A stretch of 64,000 bases of DNA from assembly GCA_003158475.1 (NCBI GenBank), contig PMJR01000120.1:13758-77757 (forward strand), written 5' to 3'. A program made the position numbers and the translations under genes. Each line of letters opens with the position of its first letter. Position 1 is the stretch's first letter. The DNA is from Ignavibacteriota bacterium. GTDB taxonomy: Bacteria; Bacteroidota; Ignavibacteria; UBA10030; UBA6906. Positions 1 through 9,483 of the stretch are shown piece by piece. The notes beneath the pieces were generated by a model, which saw nothing but the letters and a program-made list of their open reading frames with translations, ran no database searches and was not told the DNA's origin.

Positions 1-1963
1 AGCACATTTGACTCCGACCTGTCAGCAAACGTCATTATATCGTTGAAAGCCCGGCGGTATTGCTGCTCGGCGCGGACGGAGTCGTCGGACTGTTCCGCGA
101 TATGACCGAGGATAGCGTAACAGGAAGCGGTCGCAGTATGAGCCTCCCCGTACCTCTCGAGAAACAAAGGGAGCGCGTGCACGATGGAGCTCTCCGCCTC
201 GGCCAGTCTCCCCTCCCGAACCAGCACTCCCGCGTAGTCCTGATACGCATACGGCAGGTAAATGTCGCCGCGCTCTGTCGGCCTGCTGAGGTTGGCGATC
301 ACCCTCTTGTAGTAGGTCTCAGCGCTGTCCGCGGCAGACGTGTCAGAGGAAGCGAGATGCGAGTATGCGCCGGCGAGATAGTACTCGCTTTCCATCAGGG
401 CGTGGTTGTCGGCCGCAAATGACTGCCGCCTCAGCTGCAGCGAGGCAATAAAATGATGTACCGCCTTGTCCGCCCGTCCAAGGGCGAGGTAGGTGTTCCC
501 GATGGTGCGGTGAAGCTCGGCTTTCACCGCGGGCTCCTCCTGCAGGTCGCTCTCGAGCCGGTCTGACGCGGCGTTGAGGATGCCGACGGCGGTAGCTTCC
601 GGTCCCGTGCCATGGTTGTACCAGTTGACGTCGCTTTCTGCGATCATCTGCTGGAGGAACTCATTGATGCGCTTCGCTTTCTTCTCCTCGAGGCGCGCGA
701 AGTCCCGCTCGTCCTGGGCCCGCTTCGCCTGCCAGACGACTCCTCCGATTCCCCCGATCAGTGCCAGGGTCACAATGACAAACGCGATGCTCGCGGTGCG
801 ATTGCGGCGGATGAATTTGCCTGCCCGGTAGCGCACCTCGCCCCTGCGTGCCGCCACGGGGCGGTGTGCCAGATACCGTCCGATATCGTCGGAGAGGTCC
901 TGTACGGACTGGTACCGGCGCTCCGGCTCTTTCCGCAGTGCCATGAGGACGATCGCGTCGATGTCGCCGTTCAGTGTCCTTCGGATCTTGACGGCCGATG
1001 TCCCCGCGACAGTGATGGCGACGGCCTTCCCGCTCGGCTTGGTCGGTTCCGTGTTCAGGATCGTCTGGGACACGTCGAACGGAAGCGGACTCCGGAATTC
1101 GTACGGCTTCTGTCCGGTCAGCAATTTGTAGAGGAGCATCCCCAGTGCGTAGACATCGCTCACCGTCGTCGCCTTTTCCCCGCGCAGCTGTTCAGGACTG
1201 GCATAGTCGGGGGTCATGAATCCGAGCCCTGTGCGCGTGCGCTCGTCGGGTGTTCCCTCCTCGCTGAGGAGCTTCGCGATCCCGAAGTCAAGGAGTTTCG
1301 GCGTTCCGCCGGCGCCGACGAGGATATTCCCGGGCTTGATGTCGCGGTGGACCACAAGGTGCTGGTGGGCAAACCGGACCGCGGCGCAGACGACCTGAAA
1401 AAGACGGAGCCGTTCGGCTATGGAGAGTTGATGCTCGTCGCAGTATTCATCGATGCGCTTCCCGTCGACGAATTCCATGATGAGGTAGGGAATGGCGTCG
1501 TCGGTGGTGCCCGCGTCGATAAGCTGCGCGATGTTGGGGTGCTGCAGCGATGCCTGGACCGATCGCTCTGCCTCGAACCGCCGGTTCATTTCCGCCTGCG
1601 AGAGGGTGGAACGGACAAATTTTACCGCAACCCGCCGTTGGAACTTCCCGTCATCGCGCACCGCCTCGTACACTTCCCCCATTCCCCCGGAATCGATCTG
1701 TCGGACGATGCGATAGCTCCCGAGCGGTGCCCCTATCCGCCTGTCCGGCGACACGGCGTGCGTCGCGGTTGAAATGAGTCCTTGAGGGAGGGGCTGAAAA
1801 AGGCCGTCGGCTTTTTCGAATGCGGCAAGAAGCGATGCGACCTCACTGCGGAGTTCGCCGTCGCTGCCGCACGCCTTCTCCAGATAGGCCGTGCGATCGA
1901 TGGCGGGAAGCCGGTGTGCTTCCCCGAACACGTCACGCACTCTGCGCCACAATTCCTGGTTCA
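1..1963 (-). CDS. Ser/Thr protein kinase, partial (C-terminus beyond the left edge), in the position usually held by an anti-sigma factor; TM segment and TPR-like C-terminal region
   Basis: Hand translation of the minus strand from ATG at 1963 (MNQELWRRVRDVFGEAH...) has no stop down to nt 1. It contains kinase motifs VAVKF, HRDIKPGNIL, DFGIAK, SPEQ, a hydrophobic TM segment (FVIVTLALIGGIGGVVW) and TPR-like repeats. It is absent from the ORF track because it runs off the edge; the listed + ORF 612..1772 is its antisense. Confidence 0.85.
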
Positions 1964-2002
1964 TTGGCCGGACGGATGGATGAAGGGAGTTGGCCGGGAG
2001 GG

Positions 2003-2533
2003 TTAACTGCTCATGGTTCGGAACAGCCACGCCTTCGCGAGGTTCCAATCATTCTCCACGGTGCGTGTCGACACGGAGAGAACCTCCGCCGTCTCCCCGA
2101 CCGTGAGACCGCTGAAGTAACGCAGTTCGACGACCTTGCAGAGCCGTGCATCGACCTGCTCGAGCCGCCGGAGGGCGTCGTCGAGCATCAGCAGCCGGCT
2201 GAAGTCCTCGTCCAGCACGAGAACGCTCTCGCTCAACGATACCCGGGTCATGCCTCCCCCGCGTTTTCCCGCATTCCGCCTCCGGGCGTAATCCACCAGA
2301 ATCTGACGCATGGATCGGGCTGCGATCCCGAAGAAGTGGGCTCGATTCTGCCAGGAGATGTCCGCGTCAGCAAGCCTGAGGTAGGCCTCGTGGACGAGAT
2401 CCGAGGTCTGAATGGTGTGTCCCGAGCGTTCCTGGGAGAGATACGACGAGGCGATCTTCCTGAGCTCGTCGTACACGAGAGGAAGGAGCTTGTTCAGGGC
2501 GGACTGGTCACCTGCCCGAACAGTGAGGAGCAA
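2003..2533 (-). CDS. ECF (extracytoplasmic function) sigma-70 family RNA polymerase sigma factor
   Basis: 176 aa with sigma region 2 (GDQSALNKLLPLVYDELRKIA... DLVHEAYLRL) and region 4 HTH (LRYFSGLTVGETAEVLSVSTRTVENDW). TTG start. It ends 40 nt upstream of the kinase start. Confidence 0.85.
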   Translation of the reverse strand: MLLTVRAGDQSALNKLLPLVYDELRKIASSYLSQERSGHTIQTSDLVHEAYLRLADADISWQNRAHFFGIAARSMRQILVDYARRRNAGKRGGGMTRVSLSESVLVLDEDFSRLLMLDDALRRLEQVDARLCKVVELRYFSGLTVGETAEVLSVSTRTVENDWNLAKAWLFRTMSS

Positions 2534-2712
2534 TTGTGTTACTTCACCGGGCGTAGAGCCCTCAAGGAAGAGGCTGAATATACTCTATTCTAACAAAAAA
2601 TGGGCAGATAATCAAAGAACGACCGTCGGAGCGGTCGTGCGCTGCGGGTGTTGCGCCACTTCTGCGCATAAACTATGGAGGGCAAATCAGATCCTTCAAG
2701 AAATGACGATTC

Positions 2713-3060
2713 ATGAAATCTCCGCGGCGGGATGCGGAAGACCCATTGACGAGTTGCGGCTCGTATGAAACCGGCGTGTTTCTCTCCACGAACAACAGAG
2801 CAAACCGGACAGCCGCCAGCAATGGACTATCCAAGAACGGGGTAGTCTACTACCAAATCCTTGCGCTTGCCGCAAGCGGCACAAATCTCTTTGCGGGAAC
2901 ATATGGCGGCGGTATCTACATCTCCGCCAACAAAGTGACAAGCTGGACTGCAGTCAACGCGGGGTTGACGCGCACGAAAATCCGGGCGCTTGCCGTAAAA
3001 GGGACATATCTCTTTGCAGGGGGTGACAGCACCGGTGTGTTGCGCCGTCCGCCCCGCTAA
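2713..3060 (+). CDS. Short BNR/Ycf48-like repeat protein (2-3 repeats, no signal peptide), possibly a gene fragment related to the 38320..40461 gene
   Basis: Repeats LFAGTYGGGIYISANKVTSWTAVNAGLT match the ~47-aa unit of the downstream propeller protein. A strong hairpin follows. Confidence 0.3.
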   Translation: MKSPRRDAEDPLTSCGSYETGVFLSTNNRANRTAASNGLSKNGVVYYQILALAASGTNLFAGTYGGGIYISANKVTSWTAVNAGLTRTKIRALAVKGTYLFAGGDSTGVLRRPPR

Positions 3061-3087
3061 CTCATTGAGCAGGGAACATGTGGTTAC

Positions 3088-3115
3088 GAAAGAGCCCGAC
3101 TTGTCGGGCTCTTTC
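3088..3115 (+). terminator. 12-bp perfect stem hairpin (gaaagagcccgac/gtcgggctctttc) after the 2713..3060 ORF; candidate intrinsic terminator
   Basis: Inverted repeat read directly from the sequence. It ends in UCUUUC with no long U-run. Confidence 0.4.
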
Positions 3116-3250
3116 GACTGTACCAGACCGCTCCGGACGTCAGACCCTCAGTTTGACTATCAACTTCCTCTGCGGTATTTTTCTGCCGGTTGATCGGAGT
3201 GAAGCTTCATGCGGCAACTTCACGCTTCCCGATGACCACATGACCAGCGG

Positions 3251-4453
3251 TTGCTAACCAGGAAGGCTTCTCGTCGAATGAAACACAAATCTGAAATCCT
3301 CGTAGCCGCTTCGTTTGCGGCTTTGCAATTGACTTTTGCCCAACCGACATCAGCCAACCCAATGCAAACAGTGCCGAATCAGCCGTCAGCCATCGGGGAT
3401 AGCGCCGCAAAGCTCACTGCGGCCGACTCCGTCCGGGTCCAGGCCGAATCCTGGCTGTCAATGGCCCCGGCGATCCCGGAATTCGCCGCCCCGGTGAAGC
3501 GCGAAATCTGGGAACAGCGCCGTGCCGGCATGCGCCGGGAGCTATGGCAGCTTCTGGGCTCGATGCCCCCCCGGCCAAAAAAGCCCATCGTCCGGACGCT
3601 CTCCCATGAGGAGCGCGACGGTTACACGCTGGAGAAATTCGAGTTTGACAACGGGGCTGGCGCAACTGTGCCGGGCTATCTCCTGGTTCCGTTGATCCGA
3701 CGTGAAAAGCTTCCGGGCATCCTTTACTGCCACTGGCATGGCGGCCAGTACGATGTCGGGAAAGAGGAGCTATTCGGCACCAACGCGGTACCCGCGCCCC
3801 CCGGGCCGACGCTCGCCAGACGCGGGTACGTGGTCCTGGCCATCGATAGCTATTGCTTTGGAGAGCGAAATGGTAAAGGGCCGGGTGGCCCGGACGAGAC
3901 GGGTCAGGCGGGCGAGCTAACGGCAAGCAAGTTCAACCTCTGGCTCGGGCGCACACTCTGGGGAATGATCGTCCGTGACGACCTGATGGCTCTGGACTAT
4001 CTCGTCTCCAGGCCCGAAGTGGATCCGCAACGGATAGGCGTAACGGGTATCAGCATGGGCGCGACGCGCACCTGGTGGATTATGGCTCTGGACGACCGGC
4101 CCAGCACCGGCGTCGCTGTTGCCTGCCTCACTCGTTACCGCAATCTGATAGAGCATGGCGGCCTCAAATACCACGGCATATACTACTATGTGCCCGGCTT
4201 TTTGAACCATTTTGACACCGAGGCCGTGATTGCACTTGCCGCGCCCCGCCCGCTCCTCTTCATGACCGGCGACCAGGACGGTGGTTCGCCTGTGGACGGA
4301 ATCCGGAGCATCGAAGCCAGTGTCCGGCCGGTGTATGGCCTGTACGGAAAAGAGACTGACCTGATCAGCGTGATCTACCCGGGCATCGGACACATCTACC
4401 TCCCGGAGATGTGGGAGAAAACGCTACAATGGATGGATCGGCATCTGAAATAA
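3251..4453 (+). CDS. Secreted alpha/beta-fold hydrolase (dienelactone hydrolase / acetyl-xylan-esterase-like)
   Basis: Signal peptide (likely start at M 3278: MKHKSEILVAASFAALQLTFAQ). GISMG nucleophile elbow, HWHGG oxyanion-like motif. 400 aa. Confidence 0.75.
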   Translation: MLTRKASRRMKHKSEILVAASFAALQLTFAQPTSANPMQTVPNQPSAIGDSAAKLTAADSVRVQAESWLSMAPAIPEFAAPVKREIWEQRRAGMRRELWQLLGSMPPRPKKPIVRTLSHEERDGYTLEKFEFDNGAGATVPGYLLVPLIRREKLPGILYCHWHGGQYDVGKEELFGTNAVPAPPGPTLARRGYVVLAIDSYCFGERNGKGPGGPDETGQAGELTASKFNLWLGRTLWGMIVRDDLMALDYLVSRPEVDPQRIGVTGISMGATRTWWIMALDDRPSTGVAVACLTRYRNLIEHGGLKYHGIYYYVPGFLNHFDTEAVIALAAPRPLLFMTGDQDGGSPVDGIRSIEASVRPVYGLYGKETDLISVIYPGIGHIYLPEMWEKTLQWMDRHLK

Positions 4454-4766
4454 TCCGGAAGAGACCCGTTCATTTTCTCCTCCAGGATCAATCGGCGAAA
4501 GGCCGCGCAGCCAGTCAATCATAGATTTTGATCTCTCCCCCCCCGTCCTTCGTCATCGCGCTCACAGACAGCGCTGCAATGATGACGGCCACCCGGGAGC
4601 CGCCGAGGCGGCAACACGCCGTTCGAACTGATTTCCCGGCATTCTTCCCTTGATTTTCCGGCCGGGCTCCTGTACATTGTCGTCACCAAGTTCTTTCGGA
4701 ACCACCTCTTTTGTCCCGCACCTTCACGGAGCGGCGTAAGAGGTTTTTTTTATTGGAGGATAACGC

Positions 4767-5936
4767 ATGGACACGATGGACCGCAGGCATTTCATGAAAA
4801 GCTCCGTGATGGGTGCATCCCTCTCCCTCCTCTCCTCATCGCCGCTGACGGCAATCACTCGCCAGGCCGGCCCTTCTCCGGGAGCGCAGGGGAAGGTCAT
4901 CACGCGCCCACTCGGAAGGACAGGCATCGAACTCCCGGTGGTCAGCATGGGAGTCATGAGGGCGGACAACCCCGCACTCGTGCGCGCTGCGCTCGAATCG
5001 GGAATGAAACACCTGGACACAGCACACGGCTACCAGAAGGGGAACAACGAGACGATGCTCGGTGAGCTGCTGAAGGATTATCCCCGGGATTCATTCGTGA
5101 TATCGACCAAAGTCCCTCCCGATGCGAAGGACGCTTTCCTCGCGAACCTTGATCTGAGCCTCGAGCGCCTGCGTATGGAATATGTTGATATACTCTATGT
5201 CCACGGGCTCACAGCGGGTGATGATGTTCTGTCCCCATCGACCCTCGATGCACTCAGAGTGGCACGCGAGAGCGGGAAGGCGCGTCACATCGGCGTTTCC
5301 ACGCACAGGAATGAGCCGGAGGTGATCCGCGCTGCGATCCGGAGCGGCGTGTACGAGGTCGTCCTTACATCGGTCAATTTCAAGCAGGACCACTATCCCG
5401 ATGTGAAAAAGGCAATCGCGGAGGCTGCTGCTGCCGGGGTCGGCATCGTGGCAATGAAGACGATGGCCGGGGCGTTCCACGACAAAGAGAGAACGAAACC
5501 CATCAACTGCAAGGCCGCACTGAAGTGGGTCCTTCAGGATCCGAACGTCACGACGGCGATTCCGGGAATCACGGCATTTGATCAGCTCACGGAAAATGCC
5601 GGCGTCAACCATGATCTCGCGATGACGGAGGAGGAGAAATCGTCGCTGGTTCCCGGAAAGTCGGAGGGAGGGCTCTACTGCCCGGGATGTTCCGGCTGCA
5701 CGGAGCGGTGCACGAAAGGACTCCCGGTTCCCGACATCATGAGGGCGTACATGTACACGTACGGGTACCGGGATGCACGAATGGCGCAGGACCTCCTCGC
5801 GGGTCTTCGGATCGCAGGTGATCCATGCGGTGAGTGTGAGGAATGCACCGTCGGGTGTCCAAGGGGATTTGATGTTCCCCGGCGGGTACGGGACATTACC
5901 AGGCTGACGTCCGTCCCGGCAGAGTTTCTCCTCTGA
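4767..5936 (+). CDS. Tat-exported aldo/keto reductase with C-terminal Cys-rich (Fe-S-like) extension
   Basis: Twin-arginine signal RRHFMKSSVMGASL. AKR core (HLDTAHGYQKGNNE, IGVSTH). C-terminal CPGCSGCTERC...CGECEECTVGCP. RBS ggagga 8 nt upstream. Confidence 0.85.
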   Translation: MDTMDRRHFMKSSVMGASLSLLSSSPLTAITRQAGPSPGAQGKVITRPLGRTGIELPVVSMGVMRADNPALVRAALESGMKHLDTAHGYQKGNNETMLGELLKDYPRDSFVISTKVPPDAKDAFLANLDLSLERLRMEYVDILYVHGLTAGDDVLSPSTLDALRVARESGKARHIGVSTHRNEPEVIRAAIRSGVYEVVLTSVNFKQDHYPDVKKAIAEAAAAGVGIVAMKTMAGAFHDKERTKPINCKAALKWVLQDPNVTTAIPGITAFDQLTENAGVNHDLAMTEEEKSSLVPGKSEGGLYCPGCSGCTERCTKGLPVPDIMRAYMYTYGYRDARMAQDLLAGLRIAGDPCGECEECTVGCPRGFDVPRRVRDITRLTSVPAEFLL

Positions 5937-6815
5937 GTGCCTGTGAGACTCATCCTCGCTCCGGTTCTTTTTTTCCTCATCTCGGGTGGGGGAGCCTCCT
6001 TCGCACAAAGGGGTGAAGGGTCGGTCTTCCCGACGGTCGCCGGATGGAGAATCGCGCCCCCCCCGGGAGACAGCGTCTATAGGCCCGATAATCTCTGGGA
6101 CATCATCGACGGAGCGGCGGAGCTCTTCCTCAGTTACGGGCTTGTGGATCTGCGCATCATGGAGTACACCGATACGGCCGGGACGGATGTCCGTGTGGAA
6201 CTCTACCGTCATGATTCAAGGACGAACGCGTTCGGCATCTACAGCCAGGAAAGAAACCCCGGCGCTCACTTCATTGATATCGGCACACAGGGCTATGTCG
6301 AGGATAAGGTGTTGAATTTCCTCTGCGGCGTCTTTTACGTGAAAATCTCGAGTCACCGGGAGGGAAGTGAAGGAATCAACGCGATGCAGTTGATCGGACG
6401 CCGGGTCGCCGAACATCTGGGGCAGGAACCCGGATGGCCCGCCGCGCTGGCGCTTCTTCCCGCGGAGCAGAGGCTCCCCAACACGGAAGGCTACATCGCG
6501 GAGAATTTCCTCGGTTACAGGATTCTTCATTCGGCATTCACCGCGCGATATGAAGGTGGGTGCACGCTCTTCATCATTGATCTCGAGTCGCCTTCCCGGG
6601 CCCGCGGCGTGGCCGAGTCCTACATGGAAGCCGTGGGCAGGTTGCAGGAGATGCGGGAAGGGAAAATCACGGACATCCCCGATCCCCACAACGGACCCCT
6701 TGCGATGCTCCTCCACGACCGGATTTTGAGCGGGGCGTTCAGTACAGGGGGGGGGCCAGCGCTTGTACACCGTTACCTGGAACTCCTTGAGGCTCGGCTT
6801 CATTCCGCGAAGTAG
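5937..6815 (+). CDS. Secreted hypothetical protein, co-transcribed with the AKR
   Basis: GTG start directly after the AKR stop. Signal peptide MPVRLILAPVLFFLISGGGASFAQ. No family recognised. Confidence 0.5.
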   Translation: MPVRLILAPVLFFLISGGGASFAQRGEGSVFPTVAGWRIAPPPGDSVYRPDNLWDIIDGAAELFLSYGLVDLRIMEYTDTAGTDVRVELYRHDSRTNAFGIYSQERNPGAHFIDIGTQGYVEDKVLNFLCGVFYVKISSHREGSEGINAMQLIGRRVAEHLGQEPGWPAALALLPAEQRLPNTEGYIAENFLGYRILHSAFTARYEGGCTLFIIDLESPSRARGVAESYMEAVGRLQEMREGKITDIPDPHNGPLAMLLHDRILSGAFSTGGGPALVHRYLELLEARLHSAK

Positions 6816-7013
6816 TTGCGCGGATGGTCTTCTCCATCATCGGTATCCCCTGGCCCCGCGAGGCAGGTGAAATAACGAATTCTCGACAGTTTCGTTGCCT
6901 GTTCGTCGCACCCGATTACTCCATTCCCTGAGCCTGAAGCACTCAAACCGGCAGGGGCTCTTTCGCGCCTGAACTGCGTTGGGCCTGGCTCGAAGACCGA
7001 TGGAACTCTATTG

Positions 7014-8621
7014 TTAGAAACGGAATCCGCATTCCAGAAAATAGTGGAATCCGTTCATGGTGTTATCGAGCACGTAGTCGGCACCGAGCGCCCCGTACAG
7101 ATGGCGCGATATCCAGAGATCGGCATTGCCGCTGAACGTCTGTGTCGTATATGTCTGCTTCAGCCGGTCGACGGTGTACGAACGAGAGTCGTAGTGGAGC
7201 AGGATATCCACACGCTGGGAAAAACTCCTCCCCAATTCGATTGTCGATTGGGATCCGCTGAGAAACGACCCTCCCACAGTGCGATACCGGAAACTTCCGA
7301 ACACACGCGAAGAAAGGATGTCCGTAATACGGATTCCCCCCCCAAGCGTGTGTGATGATCCGCCGTCGACTGCATTGGATCTGACACTCGCTTCAGTGGT
7401 CAGCGTGTACCTGGTCCCCAGGCGAACGGTCCCGTTGAGACGAAATCCGTGGCTCAGCGCCTCGTGAAAAAGAGAGTCGGAAACGCTCTTCATGGATTCA
7501 AAGAGATACACGCTCCGCGTACCATCATAGCCGAAATTCGTCGACAGCCAGGGCGTAGGTAGGTAGTTGACGAATACCAGGGTACTCGATACGAAAGGGT
7601 GCGCGGAGATGACGCCGTGGGTCATCCTCTTCAGTTCCACGTCGGCACTTCCGTAGGCGCTGAAATTCGTCCCGATCGCGAGGATATTCTGGACCGAGAG
7701 GAATTCCCTGTCGAGGTTTCCATCAACGGTCTGGCGAACATAGGCAGCGCTTGCATCATACGAGTCGAAAAAGGACTCGCCTTGATGATACGCCAGAAAC
7801 CCTCCCACACTTCTCTGGTTTCCGCCAATTCCCATTACGCGTGACTGGACCCCTGTGCCGGCAAGGGCCCCTGCGGTAAATTGACCCTGTCGCAGGAACA
7901 ATTCACCGCCATCAAGCGCGCCCACGCCGGTGACATATCGGGAGATGAATCGACCGGCACTGAATCCGAATGCCGACATCTGGCGGTCGAGACCGAGTGA
8001 CAACTCCGAGAGATCGAATCGGGAATGCGTCGAATCGCCGTAGCGGAGATACGGACCACCTGCGTCATAGTACTCCCGGCCGTAGAGGGAGAGCGTCATT
8101 CCCGTTCCCCCCAGATTCTCCAGCCTCATGTGCGCGTAGAGTGACGGTTGGCTGATGTTGAGCCGGGAGTCCTCGGCAGATTGACCGTTGTACTGGAATG
8201 CCACCCTTCCGGCAAGCACGTTTTCTCCGGGCTTCCTTTCGACGTCAGGCGGTACCTGAGCAGGAAGGGGGGAAGCCACCGTTGCCGAATCACCGGCTGC
8301 CGGCGGAAGCGGAGGCAAATTTCCTTCTTTCATAAGGGTTCCGGTATCCCCGACGCGCGGTGGAAGCAGGGAGAGAAAGGGGCGACTCACGGAGGAATGC
8401 GATGAGATCGCGGTGATTACGGCCGACCCCACAATTGAATCACCCCTGGCGATCACCATGGTGTCGCCGATGGACAGTCCTTCTTCCCTCCCTCCATCGA
8501 AATATACTTGCGCAGATGTACAATAGGTGACACGGCAGCGAATGGGGTGCATCTGTCCGCCGTCGCTGGCAGAGATTGCAACGAAAAACATCATTCCCGC
8601 CAATAGAGAAGACCTGATCAT
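7014..8621 (-). CDS. Outer-membrane beta-barrel protein (porin-like), last gene of the multihaem cytochrome operon
   Basis: ATG at 8621 gives signal peptide MIRSSLLAGMMFFVAISAS. Alternating amphipathic beta-strand pattern throughout. C-terminal ...FLECGFRF aromatic OMP signature. The track ORF 7014..9296 overlaps the cytochrome gene, so the internal start was chosen. Confidence 0.65.
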   Translation of the reverse strand: MIRSSLLAGMMFFVAISASDGGQMHPIRCRVTYCTSAQVYFDGGREEGLSIGDTMVIARGDSIVGSAVITAISSHSSVSRPFLSLLPPRVGDTGTLMKEGNLPPLPPAAGDSATVASPLPAQVPPDVERKPGENVLAGRVAFQYNGQSAEDSRLNISQPSLYAHMRLENLGGTGMTLSLYGREYYDAGGPYLRYGDSTHSRFDLSELSLGLDRQMSAFGFSAGRFISRYVTGVGALDGGELFLRQGQFTAGALAGTGVQSRVMGIGGNQRSVGGFLAYHQGESFFDSYDASAAYVRQTVDGNLDREFLSVQNILAIGTNFSAYGSADVELKRMTHGVISAHPFVSSTLVFVNYLPTPWLSTNFGYDGTRSVYLFESMKSVSDSLFHEALSHGFRLNGTVRLGTRYTLTTEASVRSNAVDGGSSHTLGGGIRITDILSSRVFGSFRYRTVGGSFLSGSQSTIELGRSFSQRVDILLHYDSRSYTVDRLKQTYTTQTFSGNADLWISRHLYGALGADYVLDNTMNGFHYFLECGFRF

Positions 8622-8637
8622 GCCATAGTCCCGGCGT

Positions 8638-9483
8638 TTATCCCTGCGGATGGCATCGGTAGCACGCCGAGCTGATGTACTGGTATCCACTCCGCCCCGA
8701 ATGAGTGTTGTCGGTGCTCGCCTTGTTGTGTTCATGGCAGTTGATGCATTCAAACGCGCCGTAGTTGGCCTGGTTCCCGTGGCAGTCGGAACAGGAATTC
8801 CACCGGCCGGGACTGTGATGACTTCCCGCACCGATGGGGAACCATTGGTCATGGGGAAACAATGATGCGGGTTGCCAGGTGAGAGCCCGATGACATGTCG
8901 CGCAATCGGTGTTAAATTTCGCCGCCACATGATTGGGATTGGTGGTTCTGGTGTATTCGCGAAGATGGCACGACACGCATTCGACGCTCGTCCCACGGAA
9001 TCGATTCCGGGTGTGACACGTCGTGCAGGGGAGCGACGCATGGATTCCCCGGGTCGGGAAATTGGTGTTGTCGTGATCGAACGACGAAAGCCATGAGGAT
9101 GCCGATTCATCGTGGCACTCCGTGCACCGGGTTGAAAAGCCCGCCACGGTATGGTTGACCGCAATGGCGGATTCGAAATCTCGCCGGTGGCACCCGAAGC
9201 AGTCTGAGGTGGTCCCTGCGAAGCGGAGTGTCGTATGACAGAGCCGGCATGAAGCCTCACGGTGTTGTCCGCGAAGCGGGAACGTCGTCGTGTCATGATC
9301 GAACTGGAGGACGGGATTCAGAGTCGTCCAGGATTCGCTTCCATGGCAATCGGTGCATCGCAAGAGGAGGGGGCCGTGCGGTGAATCCTGCGCCGCGGCA
9401 ATACCGGCGAGAATCACAATGAGCTGGATTGTTCTCCGTGACAGGAGCAGCGCTCTTTGAAGCTGGTCAGTGTGTCGTTTCAT
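8638..9483 (-). CDS. Decahaem c-type cytochrome (MtrA-sized, 281 aa), Sec signal peptide
   Basis: 10 CxxCH motifs counted (CTDCH, CRLCH, CFGCH, CTECH, CTTCH, CVSCH, CATCH, CSDCH, CINCH, CYRCH). Signal peptide LIVILAGIAAAQ. Confidence 0.85.
   Translation of the reverse strand: MKRHTDQLQRALLLSRRTIQLIVILAGIAAAQDSPHGPLLLRCTDCHGSESWTTLNPVLQFDHDTTTFPLRGQHREASCRLCHTTLRFAGTTSDCFGCHRRDFESAIAVNHTVAGFSTRCTECHDESASSWLSSFDHDNTNFPTRGIHASLPCTTCHTRNRFRGTSVECVSCHLREYTRTTNPNHVAAKFNTDCATCHRALTWQPASLFPHDQWFPIGAGSHHSPGRWNSCSDCHGNQANYGAFECINCHEHNKASTDNTHSGRSGYQYISSACYRCHPQG

Noticed and set aside
612-1772. 386-aa plus-strand ORF
   Set aside because: It is antisense to the hand-verified Ser/Thr kinase gene (minus strand, HRDIKPGN/DFG motifs), has no motifs of its own, and is a typical high-GC antisense ORF.
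4600-4640. tRNA-like TTCGAAC T-loop-like string
   Set aside because: No complementary T-stem or acceptor stem. Not a tRNA.
5091-6803. 373-aa and 195-aa minus ORFs
   Set aside because: Antisense to the AKR and the secreted hypothetical. No signal or motif support.
7014-9296. 760-aa version of the barrel ORF
   Set aside because: Its N-terminal 225 aa overlap the decahaem cytochrome gene in another frame. An internal ATG at 8621 gives a proper signal peptide, so the gene is 7014..8621.
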